Shown here one piece after another: positions 1-10,425 of a stretch of DNA of 32,000 bases. Below the pieces are notes generated by a model. The model saw nothing but the letters and a program-made list of their open reading frames with translations, did no database searches and had not been told where the DNA came from. The position numbers were made by a program, and so were the translations under genes. Numbering within the stretch: position 1 is the stretch's first letter; each line of letters starts with the position of its first letter. Source of the DNA: Candidatus Saccharimonadota bacterium (GTDB lineage: Bacteria; Patescibacteriota; Gracilibacteria; Absconditabacterales; Absconditicoccaceae); NCBI GenBank assembly GCA_030429145.1, contig JAUIDC010000001.1, positions 870,001-902,000 of the forward strand, given 5' to 3'.

Positions 1-174
1 TGTACCACCAACAAAGATGAGAAAGTGGATGAAATTGAGCCTTCTTCTTTGCAGTCCATCGATGGCAAAGAGCAAAAAGAGGATACTCGCTATGATCAGG
101 ATAAAGCTCAAAGGACTCATGTACAAAAATGAGAAAACACATATAAATAAGGATATATGTTGGTTTTTACTCAT
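1..174 (-). CDS. hypothetical membrane protein, N-terminal part (gene runs off window start)
   Basis: ATG at 174-172 with 58 codons open to position 1. Translation MSKNQHISLFICVFSFLYMSPLSFILIIASILFLLFAIDGLQRRRLNFIHFLIFVGGT is strongly hydrophobic. Same strand as neighbours. No family recognised. Confidence 0.3.
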   Translation of the reverse strand, partial: MSKNQHISLFICVFSFLYMSPLSFILIIASILFLLFAIDGLQRRRLNFIHFLIFVGGT

Positions 175-201
175 TTATAAGGCAATTGCAACGAAAAGGG
201 A

Positions 202-1383
202 TTAGTTCTTTTTCGTTATTTTTGCAGAAAATATTTGGTCGTAGACTTGGATATCTATCTCGTCACCTGGCTCCAGTTTTTGTACATTGTCTTTCGACAA
301 GTATGCTCCTTGCTGCATGAGCAATGCATAGCCACTTTGTAGTATCTTTGTAGGAGAGCTCGCCACGATCGTATGATACCACGCATCGATCTGGACTCTT
401 GTGTGTTGCAGTAGCCCTTTTGCAGCCCTTACTATCTGTCACTGCCAGAGATCTATGTTATCTCTCATACGTATCAGTTTCTCTGTGCTGAGCGTGATGA
501 TACTATCATAGAGCACAGTAATATTTTCTTCCCACTCTTCAAGGAGTTCAGTCAACTTATATGCAGCATCTGTAGGTGTTTTTGCTCCATACCAAGCGAT
601 GTCCTGTAAGACAGTTTTATCTTGAGTATGGCCTACAGCAACGATGACCGGCACAGGCATCAGACAGATCATTTTTGCTATCTCGAAATCATTCTGCCAG
701 GCCATCCCGCTACTCTCTCCTCCTCCACGAATGATCGCTACAGCGCTAAATTGTTCACCATCTTTTATATCTGTCATAATAGTAGTTAACTGTTCCTGGA
801 CCTCTGCAATAGCATTGTTCCCGTGCATGGCACAGAGATACTCTTTGTATTCAATATTATAGCCAGATTGTGCTGCAATAGTGTAAAAATCCTTTAGTCA
901 TGCAGCATCTTGCGCCGATATGATAGCGATCTTGTATGGTGGATATGTTCGTGAAAGATATTTATTGTTATAGATTATTTGTAGTTTTTGTAATTTTTGG
1001 AGAATATCCTCTTGTTTTTTTTGCAAATGGCCGAGTGTGTACTCTGCGCTGAGTTCATTGATGATAATGCTTATCCCATAGTCTTTATGAAACGAAAACT
1101 TCCCGTAAAAGAGCACCTTTAAGCCTGTCATCTCTGAAACGTCTCTCAGTTTTGTCTCACGAAGAAACTGTGCATAGATACTCTCTTGAAAGATACACCC
1201 CTTCACCTTCGCAACGATTTTTCCCTCCTCGTCGTACTCCACGAGCTCCGCATAGACATTTTTGCCTTTTTGCTGTATCTTTAAAATCTCTGCTCTTCAC
1301 CAAAAATCAAAGCCTCAAACAACAGCCTTGAAACTTCTGTCCAATATATCGAGCAACGCCGAAAGCGAGTATTGCATTTCCAT
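202..1383 (-). CDS. xseA: exodeoxyribonuclease VII large subunit
   Basis: Joins track ORFs 439..828 and 898..1242 through in-frame TGA (898-900, 439-441, two more near the N-terminus). 393 aa. OB-fold-like N-terminus (FWGRAEILKIQQKGKNVYAELVEYDEEGKIVAKVKG). Core IIRGGGESSGMAWQNDFEIAKMI...PVPVIVAVGHTQDKTVLQDIAWYGAKTPTDAA is typical XseA. Stop TAA 202-204. Confidence 0.85.
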
Positions 1384-1433
1384 AATTGTAGTATACAAAA
1401 AAGTGACTGCAAAGCCACCTTTTTGTTTTTCTC

Positions 1434-1988
1434 TTATTGATTTTTTACATTTGGGGAGAGATCGTAGATAGATCATGAGTATGGTCCGCACCAGTCATTG
1501 GTATCGTTGAGAAATTTTCGTCACTGCACAGCACACCTGTCGGGGTCGTTTGGGTTTTCGAGTTTTGTTAACAGATCATAGGTATGTTTCGGTGAATTAT
1601 AGACTCCATAATAGGTGTATGTTCTAGTTGTTGCTCCAAATGCTACACCACCAGGAGTGTTGATCGGATCGACAGGCACAGAAGTCATATAGCCACTTAT
1701 AAACGCTGACCAACCAGTACTTGTACTATATGTATAGTGATTGGTATTGTAACTAGCTCATGCATATGGTAGCGGATATGTCGTGTTATCAACAAAGTAT
1801 ATCTCTAACGCATTATAGATATTTCTCAGATCAGTTTTTCTTTTTGTATCCCTTGCTCTCTCCTGCACAGATGTCAGTCTTGGAACAAGAGCTGCAGCTA
1901 AAATACCGATAATCACTATGACTATCAGCATTTCGATGAGTGTAAATGTTTTTTTTCTTTGCAAAAAAGTGCAGATATTATCTTTCAT
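1434..1988 (-). CDS. type IV pilin-like protein, paralog A (184 aa)
   Basis: Class III signal MKDNICTFLQRKKT/FTLIEMLIVIVIIGILAAALVPRL. Track ORF 1758..1988 extends through TGA 1758-1760 and two further TGA to TAA 1434-1436. C-terminal part carries VPVDPIN and KLENPNDPDRC motifs shared with paralogs B-D. Confidence 0.8.
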
Positions 1989-2037
1989 TAATTCTCTTTC
2001 TAGGCAAACAGATTAAAAATGCAAGTAATCAGTTCCA

Positions 2038-2610
2038 CTAAAATGAATTAGAGTGAGGAGAATACTCATAGAGTTGTGGTGTTCCTCCATAAGGTGGACC
2101 ACACGATGCATAGAAACCATTAGGCCAAAATCTATACTGCTTGACTCCACATCTATCTGGATCATTCTTATTTTCCAATTGTGCAGTGAGATCATACGTC
2201 GTACCACCGACTACATTTCCGTATAAGTACATAAAATCTCCTGTCGATCGTGGATTACTTCCTATATTGATTGGGTCAACAGGCACTGATGTAAGGATAC
2301 CTGCAAAACCGCTAATTCGCATAGAAACACCATCATTGCTACCAACATAACAATAAGGACATCATGCTCCTCCATATCATGTGGGAAATGCGTCGTTGAC
2401 CGTAGTGGCGTAGAAACCATTATCAGTAAAGTGAATCTCGTTTGCATTATAAATCGTTCTCAAATCTGTTTTTCTTTTACTGTCTCTCGCTCTTCCTTGT
2501 ATTGCTGTCAACCTCGGAACAAGTGCCGCTGCCAAAATACCAATAATCACAATGACTATTAGCATCTCTATCAATGTGAAGGAGTTCTTTATGAACTTAT
2601 AAGCACTCAT
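2038..2610 (-). CDS. type IV pilin-like protein, paralog B (190 aa)
   Basis: MSAYKFIKNS/FTLIEMLIVIVIIGILAAALVPRL. Track ORFs 2377..2610 and 2038..2322 are in frame and join via TGA 2377-2379 and one more. Motifs VPVDPIN, QLENKNDPDRC. Ends YEYSPHSNSF, stop TAG. Confidence 0.8.
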
Positions 2611-2632
2611 TTCATGTAAGTAGTATAATGAA

Positions 2633-3199
2633 CTAATGTCTATTTATATTGAGTGAGTCAAATGCATAGGTCCACTTAGTCGCTGGATAAGCCACCTGTG
2701 GACACCATTGTAATCAATTTATAGGATCGTTAGCATGTGGATAATGATAGTTTTTTAGCTGACACCTATCTGGATCTTTTTGATTTTCTAATTGCGCAAA
2801 TAGTTGATAATCAGTCAGACTACCTGCCCCATCTACACTATAGTAGTAATAACTATACCCTCCTGTAAGCCTATGGTTGTCATTATTAATTGGGTCTCTG
2901 GGAACAGTTCCCAAAATTGCCTGTAGTCCAGTAATCCGATTAGCTGCACTGGTACTATGTGACTGTTGCAACATTAATTGATTTGCATAAATCCCATTAT
3001 CTATTTTATGAATCTGATTTGCATTATAGATATTTCTAAAGTCTGTCTTACGCTGTGCATCTCTGGCTCTTCACTGAATTGAGTTCAATCTTGGCACCAA
3101 AGCTGCCGCCAAAATACCTATTATCACGATGACAATAAGCATTTCTATAAGCGTAAAAGCTGTAGATTTGTTTCGAGAAAAAAAGAATGCGCTATTCAT
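2633..3199 (-). CDS. type IV pilin-like protein, paralog C (188 aa)
   Basis: ATG 3199. MNSAFFFSRNKSTA/FTLIEMLIVIVIIGILAAALVPRL. In frame with track ORF 2714..2974 and extended through TGA 2714-2716 to TAG 2633-2635. Motifs VPRDPIN, QLENQKDPDRC. Confidence 0.75.
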
Positions 3200-3256
3200 T
3201 GCATTCTTTTTAAAAAATTCTGCGAACAATACAAGAAGAAATATGCTCTCATACTT

Positions 3257-3826
3257 CTAAAATGAATTTGAATCTGGAGAGTACTCATAAATAAGTGGTG
3301 AATAGGTACCTGAAAATGTTCCAATGCACCAGGAAGTTTGTCACGTAGAAGAAAATTGAAACAAGTAATCTTTCAGTTCGCATCTGTCAGGATCTTGAGA
3401 ATTTTCCAACTTTGTCGTTAGGTCGTATGTATTACTAGGAGAACTGTATACATTATGATATACATAAGAGTATCAACGATCTATCCTCCATGGTTTAGTA
3501 TCATTATTTATTGGATCCACAGGAGCAGACGTCATATAATTTCATAAACCAGTCATCCAACCTCATTGATTCACACTATAAACCTTGTCAGAAGAATTAA
3601 TTGATCCTGTTCATGGTGTAAGATAAACACTATTATCTAGAAAATACAATGCAAGAGAATTATAGATTGTTTTTAAGTCTACTTTTCTTTTTGTATCCCT
3701 TGCCCTTCCTTGTATAGATGTCAATCTTGGAACAAGTGCTGTAGCCAAAATACCAATAATCACAATGACTATTAGCATCTCTATAAGCGTAAATGTTTTC
3801 TTTTTCGAACGATGAAACTTATACAT
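3257..3826 (-). CDS. type IV pilin-like protein, paralog D (189 aa)
   Basis: MYKFHRSKKKT/FTLIEMLIVIVIIGILATALVPRL. Track ORF 3611..3826 extends through 5 in-frame TGA. Motifs APVDPIN, KLENSQDPDRC. Ends YEYSPDSNSF like paralog B. Stop TAG 3257-3259. Confidence 0.8.
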
Positions 3827-3904
3827 AACACAAAGAACTACAATACTTCTTCCATAGGTTTATCAATTTCCGTAGGTCATGCAACTCTTTTTTGTTAAGA
3901 GAAT

Positions 3905-3932
3905 ACAAAAAAGTCATCCATGAAGATGACTT
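3905..3932 (-). terminator. rho-independent terminator downstream of pyk
   Basis: Perfect 8-bp stem AAGTCATC/GATGACTT (3911-3918, 3925-3932) with a 6-nt loop. On the minus strand it is followed by TTTTTT (plus A-run 3907-3912). Lies 40 nt after the pyk stop. Confidence 0.6.
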
Positions 3933-3972
3933 TCCCTTATTACAACATCATATAATTCTTTGACAGTTTCAA

Positions 3973-5397
3973 TTATATATCCTTGAACTTATATAGCTCT
4001 ATACCATTGATCAAATGGCCATTGCTTTCATGGTCGATCACGTCGCTGGCGTGCATGATAAGGATTTTGTCATCGAGTGAGATATTACCCTTGAAGATGA
4101 TACGGATGATCTCTTTTCCGATACGTTTTACATTTTCGTAGTCGAATGTGTTAGAGATCTTATAACCTTTCACTGCCCAAAGAAGATTAAGATACTTATA
4201 GGTGTCGTCTGTCTTCGTAAATGCAATGATAGGTATGCTTGGTTTCAATGTCGAGATTCTTCCGACAGAGTATCCATTGTCAGTAAATGCGATGATAGCT
4301 TTGATATCAAGCTCTTTTGATATTCTATATGCATTGTAGATGATATAGTCAGTGATCTGTTTCTCTGCACCGATATGTACATCACCCATAGAGAAATTTG
4401 TTGCTAGGTCAGCCTGGTATTTGATGATAGCATTGTACAGTCCTGTGATAGCCTCGATTGGGTCGTCACCAATAGCTGTTTCACTTCCAAGCATAAATGC
4501 ATCCACTCCACTCTCTAAATATCCCTTCACCATGTCAGGAGCAAGCGCACTCGTAGGATCTTTTTTCCCAACCTTTTTCGTAAAGTTTGCGGAAAGGATA
4601 AATGGCTTACCATATTTATTACAAAGGTTTACTACTTTTTCTTCTGTCATACTCTTTTTGGTAGTCAACTCCTCCATCTCGCCTTTCTTGAGAAGGATAC
4701 CGTCAGACGCATTGATAATCTGATCGATATTATCAACAGCTTCTTTCGTCTCAATTTTTGATATTACTTTCACATCTTTACCTTGATGCTGATACAAAAA
4801 CTCACGGAGTTCCAAAATATTATTCTCATCTTTTACATACGAAACGACAAGAATGTTCACTCATGCCTGGATACCCCATACAATATCTTTTTTATCTTTT
4901 TCTGTAATAAACGGTAATATCGGTGTATAGTTCTCAAAAGTGATTTTCTTATTTGGCTGAAGTGTTCCTGCTTGCTTTACCTTACAGATCAAGTGCTCAC
5001 CTTCATTTTTCTGCACCTTCAATACGACGTCAGACTCAGCAAAACTGATCTCCGCCCCAGTAGACACATCTGCAATTTCAGGATAGTCGATGAAAAGAGT
5101 ATTTTTTTGCTCATCTTGATATTCTGAATATTCGATACGAATCTCATCTCCTTTTTTGAATTTCATATTGTCGACATTCTTTGATCTGATCTCAGCACCC
5201 TTTGTCTCAAGTACTATGGTTTTACTATTATCTAGCTTCAAGATAGTATCAATATATTTCTTCTTCTGATCATCGAATCCATGTGAAAGATTGATGCGGA
5301 ATACATCAACGAAGTTGATTATTTTTGAAAGCACCGTTTCCTTTGCTAAAGCAGGACCAACAGTTGCAATAATTTTTGAATAGTGGAATTGTGACAT
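3973..5397 (-). CDS. pyk: pyruvate kinase (474 aa)
   Basis: Track ORFs 4861..5397 and 3973..4860 are one frame joined by TGA 4861-4863 (...WGIQA-G-VNILVVSYV). N-terminus SKIIATVGPALAKETVLSKIINFVDVFRINLSHG and MLGSETAIGDDPIEAI are pyruvate kinase signatures. Stop TAA 3973-3975. Confidence 0.9.
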
Positions 5398-5430
5398 GTG
5401 TGTTTTTATAAGTTTGAGATAATAAAGGGT

Positions 5431-5613
5431 TTATTGTTGGAGAGATTTGGCAAGATTTTTAGAAGTATCGGTTTTTACTCTATTAGTTTTTTTTGTAACA
5501 CTTCCTAGTGTTTTGAAGAGTCTTAGAGCTGCCTTCCCCATATCCATGGGTCTTCTTCTTGATCACCAGCTAGCCAATTCTTCATCGGTCAATGATTTGC
5601 GAATTAATACCAT
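5431..5613 (-). CDS. small basic protein, 60 aa, function unknown
   Basis: ATG 5613, one in-frame TGA, TAA 5431-5433. Translation MVLIRKSLTDEELASWGSRRRPMDMGKAALRLFKTLGSVTKKTNRVKTDTSKNLAKSLQQ. Fills the gap between two minus-strand genes. The competing plus-strand ORF 5447..5635 is antisense to the local gene direction. Confidence 0.35.
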
Positions 5614-5642
5614 CCTTGGAACTGATATAGAATAAATAGAAT

Positions 5643-6977
5643 TTATCTTCTCTTTCTCCTTGGTCTTTTCGCTCATCACACTTTTCTGTCAGGCTTCTTG
5701 CCCTTCATCATCGTATAGCGAAGATCATCATTATCATCATAGATGTTATCATCAGTGAACGACTCTTCTTCCATATCGCTATGATCACGGAGGCTTATAC
5801 TGACACCGAGTTTTTTCTCGAGCGCCTGTATCTTTTCTCCACCTTTACCAATAATTGCACCTCTTTCTGTTTCATCAACATAGACCGTGATACTTCCCAG
5901 ATCATTGACCACTACTGTCGCGTGTACGTTTAACTTTTTCTGGAAGTAATCTTGGAGGTAGTATGAAGCAAAAGTTTCAACAGGATTTCCTCCCTTCTCC
6001 GCTTTCATAGCATCGACCTTTGCTACTTCCATCACGACGATCTGTTCGCCAAACGTATAGATTTCGTACATCAGTTTCTTCGTCACCATAGATGAGACCT
6101 GGATAACTGGACGAGCAAGATCTTCTGACATCATACCATGTGGTACTTTGACTACAAGATCAAGCACCAATACTTCATCTATCTGTCATGCTTTGATAAA
6201 GACAACCGTATCTATCACCTGTGGGATGATACCAAGTTCAACATGTCACACAAAACGTTGGATACTATCAACTGCTTTGGTAGCATGTGTTACACCGACA
6301 AGTCCGATACCAGTGAGTCTGAGGTCTGCGAAGAGTTCAAAGTCATCCTTATTTCTCACCTCATCATAAAATGCAGCATCGGGGCGAGAAAGGAGTAAGA
6401 TATCACGAACTTCATCATGTCCTCCGTAGGTGAATGAGTACTGCACAACAGACTCAGGCACCAAGAGATCACGAGGTGATTCAAGCGTCTTTACAATCTT
6501 ATTAGCACTGCTATACTGCTCTGCGAGTGCTTGTGCAAAAGTTGTTTTTCCTTCACCCGGAGAACCAGATATCAAGATACCTTTTGCTTTGTTCGTAAGA
6601 TGATCAGCAAGATCTTCATCCAGCTTATAATCTGCAAAAGTTAGTTTTTTCACTGGCCTCACTACAGTCATCTCTAACCCATCGGAAAGTGGTGGATAGA
6701 CAATCACGACTCTGTATGGTCCAAGCTGAAGTACTTTAGACAATGGCTTATCGATCTCTAGAAATTGCTCTTTTCCCGATTGCGTCTCTTCGAAAAGTTT
6801 GTGTATGAGCTCTTTGAGTTGTTGTTCTGAAAAAACCTCTTTGCTCAGCTCTGCCTCTCGTGCACCAGGGCGTCACTTTTTTTTCAGCACAGGAATTCAC
6901 TCTTTAAAGTGAACTGACATCACTCACTCTCAAAAATATTGATCTAGGGCGCTGCCCGTAGGTGTAAATCACTGCAT
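5643..6977 (-). CDS. PilT-like ATPase with C-terminal KH domain (COG1855 family)
   Basis: Track ORFs 6246..6743 and 5676..6170 join through TGA 6246-6248 and 6191-6193. Walker A GSPGEGKTTFAQALAE. Also ESPRDLLVP, LLLSRPDAAFYDEVR, VGVTHATKAVDSIQRF, KVPHGMMSEDLARPVIQV and KH-like GAIIGKGGEKIQALEKKLG. C-terminus reads through TGA TGA at 5673-5678 to TAA 5643-5645. Start is uncertain (ATG 6977 or 6920). Upstream in-frame stop at 6999-7001. Confidence 0.8.
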
Positions 6978-7158
6978 AGAGTAAACCTTTTTCAGGCCTT
7001 AGTAAATGAACGCGTTTATATTGATTTCTCGCCAAAAATCAATGAGAACTGATGAGTAAGCCCTATAAACAATTGGTTACAAGCCAAAAATCAGGGTATA
7101 AAATATAACTGAGCTACTATGGAGAGACACTGCGATCAGCAATGTCTTTTTCGTTTGA

Positions 7159-7180
7159 GCGGGTTTGTCTAGCAACAACT
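7159..7180. repeat. 22-bp direct repeat, copy 1 (candidate att core)
   Basis: GCGGGTTTGTCTAGCAACAACT, identical to 25594-25615. Followed 4 nt later by CAAGACTAAAA (7185-7195), which also follows copy 2. Confidence 0.6.
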
Positions 7181-7353
7181 AACTCAAGACTAAAAAGATC
7201 GGCTTCAAACAACTCCATTAAATTCGACAGACGGCAAAACTGAACGGGATGAAATGAGGGAGTTGTAGGTTGGAGCAGATGCCGTCTGTAACTGCATATC
7301 ATATGCAGGAAGAAGCCATAACTCTCTTTTTTTATCTCGTTTTTTTTGACCAC

Positions 7354-7494
7354 ATGACAGAAGTACAGCAAAGAACAACTCAAAGTATCGTCGGTGCAAT
7401 CGACTCGTTCCCTTTCCACAAGAAATACAACGAGTATGAGCCAACGTATACATACGATCAAGAAATTGAAAGAATGGAAAAAAACCTCGACTAG
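7354..7494 (+). CDS. small acidic hypothetical protein (46 aa)
   Basis: ATG 7354, TAG 7492-7494. Translation MTEVQQRTTQSIVGAIDSFPFHKKYNEYEPTYTYDQEIERMEKNLD. Preceded by a CTTTTTTTATC motif like other early genes. Same strand as the following operon. Confidence 0.35.
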   Translation: MTEVQQRTTQSIVGAIDSFPFHKKYNEYEPTYTYDQEIERMEKNLD

Positions 7495-7518
7495 TTTTAT
7501 ATCGTCCACCTGCCAATC

Positions 7519-8511
7519 ATGAAAACAGGCAAGAATGAGACTCCAGGATATTATGCAGTCATACCAGCTCCAGTGTTATTTGCGAGAAATATCAATGACA
7601 CGCAAAGAGTCTTATATGGCCACATATCTACTCTCTGCAATAAAAACTGAGAGTGTAATGCTGGGAACGAGTATTTTGCCAAAGCGATGAGCAAGTGAAC
7701 GGAGAAAAAGAAGGAGAAGGAGAAAGAGAAAATGAATGCCAAGTATATCAGCTCTCTCATAAACGATCTGAAAAAGAAATGATACATAGATACGAGAGTA
7801 GAAAAGGATCTATGAAACCAAAGGATAATCACTCTCACAGACCTGCTAAAGTTAAAAAAAGAAGTGATCAAGACTATCCAGAAAAAACAGGATAGCTATC
7901 CAGAAAAATCTGGAGAGGGGTATCCAGAAAAATCTGACCAGCCCTATCCAGAAAAATCTGAACATAATAATACAAGTGATAATAATACAAGTAGTAATGA
8001 TATTACAGAGCAAGGCTCTGACGATGAAAAATCTGATGAGGAGAAACCAAAAGAATATGGAAACAAGGAAATAAATGATCTCATAAAAAAACTCAGAGAA
8101 AAAGCATGAGAACTATGAATAGTTTACTCAACAGATTGAGAGAGAAACTTCTCTAAGCACATACTTTGAGCAAAAGACTTCTGACAACTAGCTGACGCCG
8201 AGAAAAAATCCAGAACTGCATTGGCGCTATGGATCATGGAGCTAAGTATGCAATACTGAGGAGATTATCCAGCATGATGACCGAAAAAGATCTATCTGAG
8301 ACGTTCAACAATACTCAATGCATACAAGCTCGAGAAGATAAAATTGAAATCAGCAGATCCAATATCTTACTTCATAGAAAACGTAGAAAATCGAACAATC
8401 AAACAGGATCTCATAAAGCGATACGATGGAAGGAAAGACAAAAAGCTACCAACCAGCGAAAATACAGTCAGAGCAAAATATGATGAAATGCTCGAAAAAA
8501 TGAAAAAATAA
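7519..8511 (+). CDS. replisome organizer / DnaD-like HTH replication initiator (330 aa)
   Basis: One frame (pos mod 3 = 1) from ATG 7519 to TAA 8509-8511 with 12 in-frame TGA, verified codon by codon. N-terminus YAVIPAPVLFARNINDTQRVLYGHISTLCNKNGECNAGNEYFAKAM...ISSLINDLKKKGYI matches the phage replisome-organizer winged-helix pattern. Central YPEKS repeats are encoded by iterons. Confidence 0.65.
7875..7960 (+). repeat. four direct iterons inside the initiator gene (candidate phage origin)
   Basis: TATCCAGAAAAA(A/T)C(A/T)G at 7875, 7897, 7921 and 7945. Spacing is 22/24/24 bp. The last three are identical 16-mers (TATCCAGAAAAATCTG). Confidence 0.55.
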
Positions 8512-8546
8512 ATACCCTTTTTTTATCCGCTCACCATAGCGAACCG

Positions 8547-9311
8547 ATGTTTGAAAAAGAAGCACTCAAAGAATTGTATGATACAATGCCAGTCCAATGG
8601 AAAATACAGAATAACTTTTCTAACGATACCAAAGCAATGTGTGTCGCCTATATCGATGCGCGTGATGTCATGGATAGACTCGACAAAGTAGTCTGACAAG
8701 ATTGTTGGAAAAGTGATTTCCGTCAAGAATGAAGCAATACTATCTGCACTATATCAATCAAGATCGATTGAGAATGGGTAGGCAAATCAGACACATGATC
8801 ATCAGGGAATGGAACAGAGAAAGAAAAGTCTCTAATGTCAGATGCTTTCAAGCGTGCAGCAATACACCGAGGGATATGACGCTTTCTCTACGACATGGAG
8901 AAAAAGATTATCAAAGTGAAAGTAGAAAAAGACTGAAATAGGAAGAAGACTACCCCGCTTGATGACCAATGAAATCAGATCTGGGATCTCACAAAATATA
9001 TCAATGAAAATACAAATAATACCTCGAAGAATGCAGAAGCATGAACTGGTGCGAAATGAACGGACTGATCAGGTGATACGGAGAAAGCAACTAGTGCACA
9101 AGTAGATTTTCTCACAAAGATGTTCAAGAAGCACCATATATCAGACGAGGTAAGGGATGCCTTCATCAAGAATAAGTTCAAAGTAGAGAGTATGTCTGAT
9201 ATACCAAGACATAGGATATCAAAACTCCTCGATGAAATGAAATCTAACGACGAATTTGCAAAACAATTCTGACTGTCGCAGACCAGCGACTCCAATTCTC
9301 CCAGTCAATAA
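8547..9311 (+). CDS. Rad52/Sak-type single-strand annealing protein (254 aa)
   Basis: ATG 8547 to TAA 9309-9311, 10 in-frame TGA, verified by coordinates. AYIDARDVMDRLDKVVGQDCWKSDF...ICTISIKIDGEWVGKSDTGS...EKEKSLMSDAFKRAAIHRGIGRFLYD is the Rad52-family core pattern. Confidence 0.8.
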
Positions 9312-9564
9312 AAGACAACGGTTTATAGCATGTGAAAGCCTTGAACAGTTCAAAGCTACCGCTCTCTGACTACGAGAGAAATGATATGAACGATTGTCTA
9401 GCTCATATACTCCTGAAATAAAAGAATACCGATACTCAGAAATACGATGACCGTATGGAGAAGACTTTGCACTGGTACTCAGAAAGGATAACAAGCTCGC
9501 ATCTTCCAGAGCTAGCAAATGCAGGAAAGAGTGAACTCCTGAAAAAACACTCTCCGATATTTAG
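9232..9564 (+). CDS. hypothetical protein (110 aa), start uncertain
   Basis: Frame open from 9187 to TAG 9562-9564. The only ATG (9232) overlaps the annealase 3' end by 80 nt. Otherwise a 270-nt gap would be unexplained in a tightly packed operon. No family recognised. Confidence 0.3.
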
Positions 9565-9582
9565 CCTTAACAACCACGACCT

Positions 9583-10248
9583 ATGAAACTCAACGACACA
9601 CTCAAAGACATTAACGAAGCAATAGAGATGCTCCAGATGATAGACGATGCAGAATATGTTGCTGCAAACGGGCTATCAGAAGAAGAAATCAATCAGTTCA
9701 AAAAGGATCTCGATGAGACCATCAAAAAAGACAAAGAAAATATCCAACAGATTGCATGATATGTAATCCACAAGAGACAGGATGCCGAGATGATGGTGAA
9801 CGGTGCAAAAGCAGAAATTGCAAGATTGCAGGATGTGGTATCTAGTCACGAGAGCAGAGTCAAAAAAGCAGACAGGACTCTCCTATGGATAATGCAGACA
9901 TTATACTATGCAGATATAGAGAAGAATGGGAAAGCAAAATTGATCACTCCCCTAGCGACTATTAACTATACAAAATCTGATAAGATGAAAGTAGAAGACC
10001 ACGGGATCACAGAATTACCTCACTTTCTAACAAAATGGACGGTGAGTGCCGAGGTAGATCCTTCAAAGAAGGATCAGCTCATGGAGCTAGGCTTTGAGCC
10101 GACACTACAAACAACGAGTCTAACTGACGTAAAGAAACGATACAAAGATCTCTCTCCAGAGGATCAGGAAAAACTCAAAGGGAAAGGTATCTATATCGAT
10201 GATACCCCCTCTATAAAAATCAAAGGAGCAAAATCCGACAAGGAATAA
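9583..10248 (+). CDS. Siphovirus Gp157-like protein (221 aa)
   Basis: ATG 9583, in frame with track ORF 9790..10248 via TGA 9757-9759. Coiled-coil N-terminus, then AEIARLQDVVSSHESRVKKADRTLLWIMQTL...GKAKLITPLATINYTKSDKMKVED...LP.FL. This pattern matches Gp157 proteins, which usually sit next to phage annealases. Confidence 0.6.
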
Positions 10249-10425
10249 TAACAGAGCCGTGTGGCTCTTAATGAGAGGTAGATGTGTCCTGCCCCTTCAC
10301 TAAGAGCTACGCACACTCTATGTAGAGTCAAAGTGTCTGAGAGAAATAGCAAAATATTGTTACGCCAGACTTACTTGGACGCTCGCTCTATAAATACCCT
10401 TTTTTACTTTTTTTATGTGTCACAC

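Noticed and set aside
3176-3199. A7/T7 homopolymer at the 5' end of pilin paralog C, checked as a possible phase-variable frameshift.
   Set aside because: Recounting shows that ATG 3199 is in frame with the FTLIEML helix across the run. The gene is intact as sequenced.
7200-7310. Local resemblance to the tmRNA 5' region (AATTCGACAGACGG versus GGAUUCGACGGG; GGAGCAGATGCCG versus GGAGCAUGCCG) and to RNase P (ACTGAAC...GTAGGTTGGAGC). tmRNA is a classic prophage target.
   Set aside because: There is no GGGG acceptor 5' end and no GGTTCGA-type T-arm or CCA-proximal acceptor partner on either strand. No plausible Ala-resume tag ORF is present, and there is no GGAAAGTCC for RNase P. The matches are short and isolated.
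7117-7509. Track ORFs 7117..7509(-) and 25573..25926(-) both end with ...VVARQTR, suggesting a duplicated protein C-terminus split by integration.
   Set aside because: The shared peptide is only the translation of the 22-bp repeat. The rest of both ORFs is Cys/Phe-rich nonsense. The 25573..25926 ORF lies out of frame inside the well-supported LamG gene.
10249-10425. 177-nt gap with several small hairpins (AGAGCC-gtgt-GGCTCT at 10253-10268; GCTCTTA...TAAGAGC), screened for a tRNA (for example a suppressor) or ncRNA.
   Set aside because: There is no T-loop (GTTCRA), D-loop or cloverleaf spacing. The first hairpin is probably a weak terminator without a U-tract. Nothing more can be supported by eye.
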